From IMG/VR virus record IMGVR_UViG_3300031455_000003, positions 1 through 61,934 of that record: a stretch of DNA of 61,934 nucleotides; one strand, given 5' to 3'. Shown one piece after another: positions 17,841 to 28,540 of the stretch. The DNA is from a virus (taxonomy: Duplodnaviria; Caudoviricetes). Below the pieces are notes generated by a model. The model searched no databases and was not told where the DNA came from. It saw only the letters and a list, made by a program, of their open reading frames with translations. The position numbers and the translations under genes were made by a program. Position 1 is the stretch's first letter. Each line of letters begins with the position of its first letter.

Positions 17841-20136
17841 CGCGGCTCTCCTCGGGCTGGGGCGCGGCGCCACGAAAAGCTGCGTTGGCGCGGTCGACCG
17901 CGCGATCGAAATCGCCGACGCGCGTTAGGAAGAACGCATCGGTTTCCGCCTTGGGCGTGATGCCGGCGTATCGTCTAGCGTATTTGCGATACGCGCTCGC
18001 GGCTGCGGCGAGATTGGCCGCCGCGTCTATAAGCGACTCGCGTATGGCGTCACGCTCGGCCTCCGCTTTCATGCAGGCATTCAAGTGACTGTCACCGCGC
18101 GCCTTCGCCACTTCAATCTCGGCACGAACGACAGCCAGAACCCGGCGCATCGTCTTTCGCCCATAGTCAAGGCCATCGACGCCAAGCCCGAGAAGGGCGT
18201 CCTCGCGCGAGCCGCCGTATCCGGCCACCACCATCGCGTCGATCAGCTTGTCGTCGCTCATTTCCCACTCCCGCCGCTCGCGCCGTAGGCCAGTCGATCC
18301 TCGACGCCCGGCAGCAGCCCCTCGTTCAGCATCGCCACCGCCTTTCGGTGATCCCGATTGTGCGTCGCGAGCAGCACGGTGGCGACCAAGTGCTCCAGCG
18401 TAACCAAGATGCCGGCCTGATCCTGTTCGGGGTCGCGCCCGTCGATTATCGACCTTGCCGCTGCAAACGCGCGCTGAGTGTCCTTCTGCGCCTCGGTCAT
18501 TTGCGGCTCTCCTCGGGCTGGGGCGCGGCCGGCTCGCGGACATACGGCCCCGGTGGCAGCAGTCGATCCAGAGCGGTGATGTATTCGTCGTTGTCGATCT
18601 GGAACCAGTCCCCGCTCTCCGGACGCCTGTCCGTGGCGTAGAGGCGGTTGGACGTCACCATCGCGTGGCGGATGTCCTCCAGCGTCTTGCGCCAGTCTGT
18701 GGGCTGGGGCGCGGAGGCGAGGGATGCGGTCAGGGCGGCGCGCATCCCTCGTATGGATAGTCCACGATCTACCTCCGCGTAGGTCTTCATTGCCCGCTCC
18801 ACCATCTCGTCGGTGACCTCGGGAGCCTCCCGCAGAGCGCCTTGGGCGCTGAGGGCTTCGTCTATGCGATCCCTGACCGTCATGAGCGCGGCGAGCTTTC
18901 CGCCCTCGATCCGGCCTTGCAGGTCTCGCGTGACCAAGCCCAACAAACGGCGCGCCTCCACCAGTGCGTCACTCATCGGTGCGTCAGCGCCCTTCATGCT
19001 GGATGCTTCCGCCATCCCCGATGAACATCCAGTAGTGGTCGTTCACCGCGGCTTCGATCATGGCAGGGGACACACGAAACGTTAGCGCCGCCGCTGCCAC
19101 GGTGCTGGTCTCCGGGTTGCAGATGCTCCACACTTGAACCGCAATGCCCAAGCTGTGGAGCACCAGGCCGGTCTGCTGGCCGTCCTCATCGACCTCGTGT
19201 TGGTCTGGGAAGAGGCCGTCGTTCAGTTCGTCACTCATCGGTGCTGTCTCCGGAACGGTCGGACCATCAGAAGTTTGGTTCGTCGGGGTCGTCCCCCTCC
19301 TCGGTCTCGATCTGTGGAACTGGCCGATACGTCACCGGGCGGGGCGGGCGCGGGTCGCGCGCCGCATAGTGGTCGCGCGCGACTTCCTCCGAGATCGGCC
19401 GCAGCGCGTAGATCGACGTGGCTCCGTAGTATTCGGTCGCGTAGTCCTCGCCCTCGGTGGGGATGTCGATCCGCAGCATCATGCCGCCGGCGATCTCTTC
19501 CTCGCGCGCCAAGCCGATGCGCTGGCGATGGCCCATGATCTCGAGCAGCGTCCAGCCGAAGTCGCGCGGCGTTTTGGTTTTGTCGTCACTCATCGGTGCT
19601 GTCTCCCTCGGGGGTGGTGGATAGGGCGCGACGAGCGCGCCAAAGATCTTCCCGCTCGATGAGGCGATGCCCCGTGCCGGTCTCGAACCGGAACGGCCCC
19701 GGAGTGTCGCCGATCGCCCGGTCAGCCGCAGCAAACGGTCTCAGCGCCTCCACCAGCCCAGCGATCCGCGCATCCCTCTCGGCGAGGGCGGCGAGCAGGA
19801 AATTGACCTCGCCCATGAGGCGAATGATTTCCGCGCCCCGCCGTTCGATCTCGTGCATGGCGGCTTCGGCTGCGTCGCTTAGGTCACTCATCCATCATCT
19901 CCATCACGCATGCCTCAGCGCACTGCCCAAGCAGCCCGCCGGCGACGAATGCCTGGAGCGTCCAGGCGGCGAACACGACCGCGAGCAGGCCTGCGAGGCT
20001 GGCGGTCCAGATGGTGCGGGTCATGATGCCACCACGGTGCAGATCGTTACCGCAACGATGATCCAGAACACCGGCCAGCGGATGATCTCCGCCACCGCGT
20101 CTATGATCGGCTGGATGGAGCAGCGCGGCTTGTCGG

Positions 20137-20457
20137 TCACAACTTCGCCCCCTTCACGACTAGAAGTCCCTCGGCGAACAGCTGCGTCATGGTCTCGTAG
20201 AGCGCGCGTAGCCGGTCGTAATCGGTGCAGCCGAGGTTCATGCCCTCGCGATCGTGGCAGTTCGAACACGCCCGCACGCCCATAAAGTCCGAAGGCTTCT
20301 TCGCGATCCCGAGCGCCCATTTGCCCCGCAGGTGAGCGTGCACCGTGGTCTCACCGCCGCCTAGGCAGCCATCCAATCTCAGCGTGCAGTCCTTGCCGCG
20401 CGCGCTCTTGCGGATGGCCTCGGAGACGACGGTGAAGCTTTTCGGGACCGCGTTCAT
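20137..20457 (-). CDS. DUF1364 (YbcO-like) nuclease-domain protein
   Basis: IRKSARGKDCTLRL...TTVHAH...ACSNCHD. Confidence 0.85.
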   Translation of the reverse strand: MNAVPKSFTVVSEAIRKSARGKDCTLRLDGCLGGGETTVHAHLRGKWALGIAKKPSDFMGVRACSNCHDREGMNLGCTDYDRLRALYETMTQLFAEGLLVVKGAKL

Positions 20458-20641
20458 GCCGCCACCTCGCGCCGGAGCGCGATCATGAGGTATCCGCGAA
20501 CCGGATGGTGGCGCGCGTCCAGCCAGCGCAGCCCCGAGGCGATCTCCCGATAGGACATTCCGGTTTTGACGTGGATGTCGTCCACCCCGTATCCCTCGGT
20601 GATCAGGTCAAGAATGCGGGCCGGGGCGATGGGCTTGGGGA

Positions 20642-21043
20642 TCACCGGAACGCCTCCTCATACCGCCGGCGGTCGATAGTGAACGCGACGCCGTGCTTCG
20701 CGCCGTAGGCGAAGGCGAACTCCAGACAGAGCGTCATCTGCGCGACGGTCAGGTGCGACGACCGAAACCCGATAGGAAACGCGCCCGAGCCGTCCAAGCC
20801 GATCTCGAAGCGGATTGCGTGGCCGGTGGCGTGGAGGATGGCGTCGCGCCAAGTCTCCTTCGTCCACTGGCGGCCCTCGGGTTTCGCCTCCTCAAGATCG
20901 GACATGACTTCCCAGAACAGATTGTTCTGCTCGACGCTGCGGGTGCGCTGCTTGATGCTCACCACCGCGCCATGCGGTGCCTGCTCGACGGCCTCGATAG
21001 CCCGGCGTCGGTCGCGCAGATCGCGGAGGGTGATCGGGCGCAT
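20642..21043 (-). CDS. ninB: NinB/Orf recombination mediator
   Basis: RSVEQNNLFW, WTKETWRD, SSHLTVAQM...AYGAKHGV. Confidence 0.85.
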   Translation of the reverse strand: MRPITLRDLRDRRRAIEAVEQAPHGAVVSIKQRTRSVEQNNLFWEVMSDLEEAKPEGRQWTKETWRDAILHATGHAIRFEIGLDGSGAFPIGFRSSHLTVAQMTLCLEFAFAYGAKHGVAFTIDRRRYEEAFR

Positions 21044-21741
21044 CAGTCGTAGACCGGCTCAAGGTCGGGCTCGTTCGGGAGCCCGAACGGCGTGCCGTCA
21101 GGGATGGCGAGGATTTCCGCCTTGCGCTTCTCCTTATCCCCCTCGACCGCTGTGGCGATAGCGGGGTGGTCTCGGTAAAGCCCGGCCCAGACCACCTTGA
21201 GCGTGGCGAGGTCCGGCGCGGTCTGAATTTGCGTCCTGGCGGCTTCGATCTGGAACCCGGACACGGCGCGGCTGTCCGCCGATATTGCCACGCGGGATGG
21301 CTCGCGCTTCGGCTTGGTGTCGTCCTCGACGTTGGCGCGGGTCTTGTCGTAGAGCGCGAGGCCGAAGGGGTTGCCGAAGGTCATCAGGGCGCGCTTTGTA
21401 GCGTCCGTCTCTGCCTCTTTTGCGGCGCTCTCGTAGGCGTCGCCCAAGTCCTTCGCGATCCCGGAGCCGTAGCCCGTGCCGTCGCGGAAGATGCCGCCGA
21501 CCGTCACGCGGACCTTAGCGATGAAGGCCACGCGGTGCTTGTCGCCGACGATCTCGGCGCGGACCTCCCGCATCTCCAGCGTCTCGCGTGTCCACCCATC
21601 CCAGCCGAAAATCCGGTTGGCTTCGGAGAGCGCGTCCCAGCCCTCGATGTAGCTCAGGGTCTGTCCTGCCTGGGAGCGAGACTTGACCCTGGATTGAGCG
21701 AGCGGCTTGGCGAGCTCGCCGGCGATCTCTTCGCGGTTCAT
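21043..21741 (-). CDS. Rad52/Sak-like single-strand annealing protein
   Basis: LSYIEGWDALSEANRIFGWDGW; AKEAETDATKRALMTFGNPFGLALYD. Confidence 0.9.
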   Translation of the reverse strand: MNREEIAGELAKPLAQSRVKSRSQAGQTLSYIEGWDALSEANRIFGWDGWTRETLEMREVRAEIVGDKHRVAFIAKVRVTVGGIFRDGTGYGSGIAKDLGDAYESAAKEAETDATKRALMTFGNPFGLALYDKTRANVEDDTKPKREPSRVAISADSRAVSGFQIEAARTQIQTAPDLATLKVVWAGLYRDHPAIATAVEGDKEKRKAEILAIPDGTPFGLPNEPDLEPVYD

Positions 21742-22369
21742 GCGTATGCCCTCGGGTTCTCGCGCCGCACCCGCTCGCCCCATGCGGCGGTGGCCGGGCT
21801 GATCTCTCCGCGCCAGACGAGCTCGTGCGCCTCGGCCAGGGTCAGGCGCTCCTGGCGGGCGATGACGATCTCGCCGTCAGGAAGCAACTTGGCGTCCTCC
21901 GGGGTGAGGCGGTCATTCATCTTCGATCACTCCGTGCGCCTGAAGGCGGGCGTCCAGCGCGCTCCCGAACGCCTCCAGACGACGGCGAAGCTGCAGCATG
22001 TCCTCCAGTCCATCGGCCGAGAACGGATCGCCCCGACGCAAGGCGGTAGTGAGCCGTTCGATCCCCTCCAGCACCATCAGTCCGTAGGCGGTGCGAGGGC
22101 GGGTCAGGTCTGAGGCGCGGGGGAGGCCGTTCATTTCAGCCCCCACGCGCTCGCCAGCGCCTCGAACTGGTCCAGTTCCGCAGCGGTGATGCCGCCGAGC
22201 GTGAACGAGAACCGGGCGTCTTCTCGTGTCATCTCGATCATCTCCACAACGAGCCGGCGGGATGCCTCGGCCTGCGTTTCCTCGTGCAGGGCGCCGCCAG
22301 GGCGCTCGTCGGCCCAGAAGGAGCCCGGGGTGTTGCGGAGGGAGGGCGTTTCGCCAAAGGTGAGGCCGT

Positions 22370-22831
22370 TCATGGCGTCACCGGCGGTTCTGGAAGGGGC
22401 ATCCAGTGCGTGGGATTGACCACGAAATCGTAGTCATCGTTGAAAAACGCAAACCACCACGGCGGCATCCAGTAGCCGGCGCCGTATTCGTCCACGGTTT
22501 CGTGCCATCCTGGCTTCCACGCTGCGATGCAACAGCCCTTGCCGTCGAGAAAGTCCCCGCCCTCGGCGTGCGCCGCATAATCAGTCAGCTTGCCGTCCCC
22601 AGCGTCATACGGGTCGGTAGCGTGATCGTAGTAGACTAGGACGTTTCGCCCGTCCTTCGGCGCGGTCTCGATCGGCTGCCACTCGCTCATTGCGTCGGTT
22701 AGCGCCGCGCAAAGCGCCGACGCGAGATTGTCGCATGCAGCGACCATCCCTTTCTCGGAACGGAACCACGTGCCATCGTCGCGCCAATCGCGTAGCGTTC
22801 TTGCGACAGCCCGCTGCATCATCTCACTCAC
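22370..22831 (-). CDS. DUF551-like protein with N-terminal RDWRDDG module
   Basis: WQPIETAPKDG ... PTHWMPLPEPP. Confidence 0.75.
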   Translation of the reverse strand: MSEMMQRAVARTLRDWRDDGTWFRSEKGMVAACDNLASALCAALTDAMSEWQPIETAPKDGRNVLVYYDHATDPYDAGDGKLTDYAAHAEGGDFLDGKGCCIAAWKPGWHETVDEYGAGYWMPPWWFAFFNDDYDFVVNPTHWMPLPEPPVTP

Positions 22832-25034
22832 GACACACACTCCCCTATCGGTCGGCTGACACCGGCGAGAATGACGGACGCCTCGAACAGATCGCGCTGG
22901 CGGTCGATCTCGCGGCGCAGTTCGTAGGCGGCTCGGCGGCGCTCGGCGGCGGCTGAGAAGATGAGCGGCCTCATGGCGCTGCTCCTGCGATGCCAGCGGC
23001 CTCGTCATCATCTGCTAGCGCCTCACGAACACGCCGCTCGTATGCCCGGATGCGCTTTTTGAGCCAGACTTCCTCCGGCCCATTCATCGCTATGGGCTGG
23101 TTGAGCATGCCGCAGCCGTAGACCGCGATGTCCTCCATCACGGAGCGCAAGTTGGCGATGCGGGTCAGGGGCGTGGCGTAACCCAGATCAGCAAGGCGAT
23201 TGCGTCGGCGCTTTTCGTCATCGGAAAGCTGGTCGAACAGAGTGCCGCCGGTGGCGGCGCCCAGGCTAACAGCGGGTTGATCGTCTTCCGGCTCAAGCGC
23301 GTTCCAGCGCCGCACGATCTCCTGCGCCAGATCTTCCTGCAGTTGCCCCTCGCCAAGCTGAATTGCGAGCGGTCCGAACGAGATCACCGGCTCGCCGCCC
23401 CAGCCAAATCCGTCGCCACTGTGGACGGGGAAATGCGATAAGACCGCTTTAGGCATCACCCAGACCCCCAATGGCTGCGCGGATAGATTTACAGTCGGCG
23501 TCCACCTTGGCCGTATAGGCCTGCGCTCTAGCGTAGAGGCCGGGATAGTCCCGCAGCCCGAATGAAGTTCGGCGGGAGTCGTCCATGGCTTCCTCGGCGT
23601 AGGTCAACCCGAGACGCAGCGCATCCAGCGCTCCACTCAATGCCCCGGCCAGATCCGCATTTTTGCGGTGCACTGCGCCGTTCTCCTCCCGCAGCACATC
23701 AACCTCGCGATCGTCCGTCACCGCTTCACCTCCTCGTCTGGATCAAGACCGAAGCGCCGGCAAAGCTGACGACTGAATGTCGAGCCTAGGGCGAAGGCGT
23801 CCATAACCGCCGTCCACCGCGGATGCTTCTCACCCCTGCGACAGTCGCGGGCGCGGGCGCTGTTCACAGCACGGCGCAATAGCGCCTCGTCCGGGATTGA
23901 CCCAACATCCCGCATCAACGCGCTCCAAGCGCAGCGCGCAGTCGCGCAATTTCGTCTCTTGCCTCAAGAAGCTCGCGCATCGTCACTTTGTGACTGGCGC
24001 GCTCATCCTCGATCTCAGCACGGAGATGCTCGACCTCGTTGAGGTGACCGAAAAGCTCGTAGGCCGCGGCCCCATCGAAATTCGGTGCGCCCGGCTGAGT
24101 TTCGATGAAGTAAGGCCCATGTTCCTCGCCGGTCATAGCGCGGAGCATCTCGCCGTCCTTTTCGAGTGCGCGTCGCATCTCTTTGTCCATCACCCCGCAT
24201 CCTCCGGGGCGATGTGCTCGACGGTGGCGGTGGCGGCGAGACGCTCGAGGTAAAAGACGAAAGTGCGCGACTGCCACAACGCAAGCGCACCACCCGTGAG
24301 CCAAAGTGCCTTGGCCCGATCCTCACCGCCTTCCCGCGCCTGATCCAGCACGTCGAGGAACATCGCCGCCTGTGCGGCTATGTCGGCGGCGGTGATGGGT
24401 GGCGGCGTCATTTCCCCCACCCCACGATAATGCCGAACTGCACAGTGATGCTGATCATGGCGTTGATCGCCCCGAGCATCTCGGCCGGGTGAACGACGCG
24501 GGATGCGTCGGGCGCGCTGATGTGGTGCGCCCGGCCCGCCCGGATGGTCAGCGCCAGATCGGCGTTGCTCCACGCTGGCGCGGCGATGGTGCGCTCGATT
24601 GTGCGGGTGGTCATGGCCGATCCCCCAGAAGATGGCCGCGCCCTGCGTTGATGACATCGTTCCGGTAGGTCTCGCCGCTGCGCTGGCACTCCTGCCGCCA
24701 CTCCCAGTCGGCCTCGGCCCGGGCCTCGAACTCGGCGACGAGATCGGCCGCGATGTTGCGGACCTGCTCGACGGTGAACTCCATTTCCTCGGCCTGCTCG
24801 CAGATCGAGGTGAGGAAGGTGTTGTGCGTGTCGGTCATGGGTTGAACTCCTTCCCGGACCCCTTGCAGGCGTCACAAGGTCCGACTAGGCGCGGATGCGG
24901 ATCATTCGGGTGGCCGCTGTAGAGCGATCCCTCGCCGCCACACTTGTCGCAGTTGGGCAGCGTCTCGCACTCGTCGCACAGGTCGTTGCCAGTGAAGAAA
25001 TCGCAGACCGGGCAATATCCGCTGCTACTGCGGG

Positions 25035-25244
25035 TCATGGCAGCACCGGAAGGTCGGGGAGGTTGTGCCACATGGGGTTGAGCCCCATGCCCTGAAAATC
25101 CCAGCACGCATCAATCTCGGCGTCATAGGCGCTGATCCGGCCCTTGTGCCAAGTCGCGATGTGCATGCCGGGCTCAAAGCCCTCGTCGGTGACGAGGTAT
25201 GCGCCCGTCTTCGGGAACGTCTCGATCGGCTGCCACTCGTTCAT
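25035..25244 (-). CDS. DUF551-like protein
   Basis: MNEWQPIETFPK ... WHNLPDLP. Confidence 0.7.
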   Translation of the reverse strand: MNEWQPIETFPKTGAYLVTDEGFEPGMHIATWHKGRISAYDAEIDACWDFQGMGLNPMWHNLPDLPVLP

Positions 25245-25513
25245 GGCGCGTCACCGAGGGCGGCGCGGGCACAGTCCTGCATTCGGTAGACGACGCCGAG
25301 AAGGCCATCATCTCCGTGCTCGCGCACCTCTGTTGCGATGTCGGACAGCGCCTCTCGAAGCCGCGCGTTCTCCGCCTTCAAGTGGGAGAGGATGCGCGCG
25401 GCGAGATCGTCGCACTCAACGACCAACTCTTTCTCTGAGCGGAACCACCTTCCGTCGTCGCGCCAGTCGCGGATCATCGACGCAACGGTTTTCACGAGAT
25501 CACCATCCGTCAC
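25241..25513 (-). CDS. Hypothetical protein (RDWRDDGRWFRSEK module)
   Basis: Paralogous to N-terminus of 22370-22831. Confidence 0.65.
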   Translation of the reverse strand: MTDGDLVKTVASMIRDWRDDGRWFRSEKELVVECDDLAARILSHLKAENARLREALSDIATEVREHGDDGLLGVVYRMQDCARAALGDAP

Positions 25514-26370
25514 GTCCGCGCCCTCCGCAGGATCAGCTCAGCCTTCCGCACCCGCTCAGCGAAGCTGTCGCCACGGAGCACGGGGTTGACGCGCAAGCCG
25601 CTGGTGATGCGCCCGCCCTCGCTGATCGTCGCGGCGTAGGGCGTGGCGTCGATGATCTCGCCCTGGGCGAGGATGTGGCTGGCGATGCGGAGGGTGGCGT
25701 AGGTCATGGCTTTAGCACCCCGAGTTGAAGCAGCCGGCCGGACGACCCTGATTGACCCCGTAGTTCGGGCTGTGGATCGCCGAGCCCTTGCGCGAGTAGG
25801 CGCTGGCTTCGTAGTCCCGCTGCTCGCTGACGGACCGGCCGTTGTTGTAGGTCTGCGTGTCCCGCTTCAGCGGGCCGGTGCTGTCGGTTCCAGCCAGCGC
25901 TGGCCCGGCGACGATGACGCCGATGAGCGCAGCGGTGAGCAGGCGGCCGGTGTAGGTGCGGCTGCCGTCGCGGACGGTGGCGGTGGTCCCGTCGCTCTCG
26001 ATCAGGTCGCCGACGGCGCTGATGTGGCTGGCGAAGGCGATAGTGGCGATCATCAGAATTCCTCCGCCATCTCGCGCCGCATCTCGTCGGCCTCGAAAAG
26101 GTCCCAGTAGATTTCGGCGGGGTCGTCGGCCCCGAACTCGCGCTCGATAAAGGCGAGCGCATCACCGAATTCCATTCCGAGGATGGCGCGCTGCTGCGCG
26201 CGGGTCGGGTAGGCCGGTTTAACGATGGTGGCGATCATGGTTCAGGTGGTCTCCCTTGCTCTCCCGTCAGCGGGGTGCGTCTGCGCCGTCTTTCCGGCTG
26301 TCACCCGCTGCTCGCCGGGGTTCGCGCCGGCACCCATACCGGAAGGGCTGCGGGTAGAGCCCCGGAGGGC

Positions 26371-26613
26371 TCAGGCCGCGAGCGTCATGGCCGCGACCCA
26401 CTTCTCGGCCCACGGTTCGATTTCGGACTTGCCTACTGCAGCCAAGGCCGCCGCCAGGACATCGGTGTCCTGGTAGGAGTAGCGGCACCCCTCGGCGCAG
26501 AGCTTCCGCACGGAAGCGATATGCGCGGCCTGCAGCGGCACGGCGGCGTCGAGGCGGGAAATGATCTCGTCGGCGGTGATCGATCCGGCGGGGCTGTAGA
26601 GACTGTAGATCAT
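26371..26613 (-). CDS. First gene of PL operon, hypothetical
   Basis: AAGGGAG RBS, 80 aa. Confidence 0.6.
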   Translation of the reverse strand: MIYSLYSPAGSITADEIISRLDAAVPLQAAHIASVRKLCAEGCRYSYQDTDVLAAALAAVGKSEIEPWAEKWVAAMTLAA

Positions 26614-26680
26614 ATGCGGCTCCCTTGCTCTCCCGTTTCAGCGGCCCGGCTGGGCGATCGGCGGGGTGGTGTTGGGAGCC

Positions 26681-26735
26681 AACATACGCTAAAGCGCAAA
26701 TCGCTGTCTAGAGGAATAATGCGCTATACCGCAAA
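26681..26735 (-). promoter_or_regulatory. PL promoter with two operators
   Basis: Minus strand TAGACA-18 nt-TATGTT; operators TACGCTAAAGCGCA (26685) and TGCGCTATACCGCA (26720). Confidence 0.7.
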
Positions 26736-26947
26736 TTCAGATATCGCTAACCTATGTGGCGCGACGGGCTGGCGCGAATCAGAAAATGGGCCTGACGCTA
26801 AACCGGGCGAATTTGAGAAGCCCATGGGGGGAGATTTTCGGAAAATGGGAGACGGCAGAAACGACGAAATCCGTAGCGCAATCACGGCACTAAGCAGGCC
26901 GGATCGCTCTCGGTTGCGGCAGCTTCTGGACGCTCTGCTTGCCTGGC

Positions 26948-27244
26948 CTACTTCCGGGGAAGGATCGCAGCCAGTCCGTCGCGCTCTCTCCGATCCAAAT
27001 CGCGCACCCGATCAATAAGGGCCTGCGTCTCGGGGTCGTCGCGTTCGTCCTCAAACAAATCGAGCACATGGACTTCGAGAGCCTTTGCGATCGCCGCCAG
27101 CGTGCTCAGGCGCGGATTACCCTTGCCCGTCTCAAGCTCGGAAAGAGTTGCTGCGCGCACTTCCGCTTGGTCCGCTAAAGCCTCTTGGCTCAAGCCGGCC
27201 GCCTCACGAAGTGCCCTGATCCGTGTTCGCATGATAATTGCCAC
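26948..27244 (-). CDS. XRE-family HTH repressor (cI-like, no peptidase domain)
   Basis: IRALREAAGLSQEALADQAEVRAATLSELETGKGNPRLSTLAAIAKAL; divergent from cro. Confidence 0.85.
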   Translation of the reverse strand: MAIIMRTRIRALREAAGLSQEALADQAEVRAATLSELETGKGNPRLSTLAAIAKALEVHVLDLFEDERDDPETQALIDRVRDLDRRERDGLAAILPRK

Positions 27245-27246
27245 GT

Positions 27247-27324
27247 TACGCTAAAGCGCAAACCCAATCCACACGGTATAGCGCAAGAAGGCGCTTGACG
27301 CGTCCTTGCGCTATACCGTATGGT
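27247..27324 (+). promoter_or_regulatory. OR region: three operators and PR
   Basis: TACGCTAAAGCGCA (27247), CACGGTATAGCGCA (27272), TGCGCTATACCGTA (27307); TTGACG(27295)-18 nt-TATGGT. Confidence 0.8.
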
Positions 27325-27331
27325 TAAGGGC

Positions 27332-27541
27332 ATGACACATCCTCTCGAAAACTATCTCGAGCAGACCCGGACCACCGGACGGCAGTTCGCGGCCAAGGTC
27401 GGCGTTCGCGAGGCGACCGTCTCGGCGTGGAAATCTGGCGTTATCCCGAAGCCGGCTCAGATGCAGCGGATCGCCGAAGTGACCGCTGGCGCGCTTCCGG
27501 TGACGGCCTGGTTTCAGTCCGACCAAGGCGACGCGGCATGA
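27332..27541 (+). CDS. cro: Cro-like HTH protein
   Basis: LENYLEQ...RQFAAKVGVREATVSAWKSG.IPKPAQMQRIAEVT; divergent from repressor. Confidence 0.8.
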   Translation: MTHPLENYLEQTRTTGRQFAAKVGVREATVSAWKSGVIPKPAQMQRIAEVTAGALPVTAWFQSDQGDAA

Positions 27542-28104
27542 GCCGGCCGATCTCTTTCTCGGGAGCGACCTATTCCGCGATCAATCCCGAAATGCCGAAG
27601 GCCGAGCGGGATCGTGCGCGCCGTAAGACTGCGAATGCAATCAAACGCGGAGATCTGGTTCGGCCGACGCACTGCGAGGCTTGCGGTGGCTCGGGCCGAT
27701 ATCCGATCCACGCGCACCACCCAGACTATCGCAAGCCGTTCGAAGTGATGTGGCTCTGCCGGCCGTGCCATTGGATCGAGCACAACCGGGTCAGCCGGGA
27801 GGCCAAGTTCGGTTACTACAGCCGAGATGATGTCCGCGAATACGCGCTGGCACGCCGGGAGGCTAGCGACGAGAACCGTGAGCGCAACCGCGCCGCGCAC
27901 CGAGCGCGGTGGGCCGCGATGCGCCCCTATAAGCGGCCGAACCGAGCAAAGCCCGGATCGCTCGCTCTCGCCAAGCGCATGGCAGCGGACGGGGCAACCC
28001 TTACCGCCATTGCGAAAGAGATCGGCCTGACGCTCTCCGGCGCACACCGATTCCTGAAGCGCAACGGCATCGAACGTAGCGCAACGCTCAAGGACGCAGC
28101 ATGA
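27538..28104 (+). CDS. HNH-like zinc nuclease domain + C-terminal HTH
   Basis: CEACG...HAHHPDY..PFEVMWLCRPCH; TLTAIAKEIGLT. Confidence 0.7.
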   Translation: MSRPISFSGATYSAINPEMPKAERDRARRKTANAIKRGDLVRPTHCEACGGSGRYPIHAHHPDYRKPFEVMWLCRPCHWIEHNRVSREAKFGYYSRDDVREYALARREASDENRERNRAAHRARWAAMRPYKRPNRAKPGSLALAKRMAADGATLTAIAKEIGLTLSGAHRFLKRNGIERSATLKDAA

Positions 28105-28214
28105 GGCGAGTGCGCAATCCTGTCGCGATTGCCAGCCCATCCGAACACCGGCGGGAATTCCTCCTTGCCGCGCAGCAGATCCCGCCCGGGGTTTCATGGC
28201 TGCTGCGCACAACT

Positions 28215-28246
28215 GGCCGGGGCGCTCGCGTCTCGGCCGCTTTTCT
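28215..28246 (+). terminator. Putative tR-like intrinsic terminator
   Basis: GGCCGGGGCG-CTCG-CGTCTCGGCC followed by GCTTTTCT. Confidence 0.45.
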
Positions 28247-28348
28247 CCCTTCCGATGATCAGCCTCCCCCGTCCCCTGCGGGGTCCCTGCGCGCCCCTCT
28301 CGCTGACCCGCGCCCCGAGGCTGATCACCCGAACGGAGGAGTAGCCGC

Positions 28349-28540
28349 ATGAGCTTCATCGACCGCCTGCAGCCCGGCAGCTTCACCGAATACGCGCGGT
28401 GGACTTCGGCCGGCCGGCCTGACGCCGACACGCTGGCCGAGGCGAAGGCGCTAGCCGCCCAGGGGCGCATCCAGATCCGGCAGCGCAAGGAATGGGACGA
28501 TCTGGTCTATGAGGCGAGGCCCTGCCATGCGCGAGGATGA
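28349..28540 (+). CDS. Hypothetical protein
   Basis: GGAGGAG RBS. Confidence 0.6.
   Translation: MSFIDRLQPGSFTEYARWTSAGRPDADTLAEAKALAAQGRIQIRQRKEWDDLVYEARPCHARG

Larger units (their letters stand above)
15097..26613 (-). other. Early leftward operon of roughly 35 small, translationally coupled hypothetical genes
   Basis: Nearly continuous chain of minus-strand ORFs joined by ATGA/GTGA or 8-nt overlaps, downstream of PL. Confidence 0.85.

Noticed and set aside
15316-19606. Integron cassettes or mini-CRISPR
   Set aside because: Repeats are direct, coding, pairwise and lack attC-like palindromes or regular spacing.
26275-27018. 247-aa plus-strand ORF across the immunity region
   Set aside because: Overlaps PL, operators and a minus-strand gene; only a short C-terminal part (from about 26824) might be real, and I cannot support it.
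28101-28352. 83-aa ORF after the HNH-like gene
   Set aside because: Pro-rich, no motif, and contains hairpins including a terminator-like one; coding status not supported.
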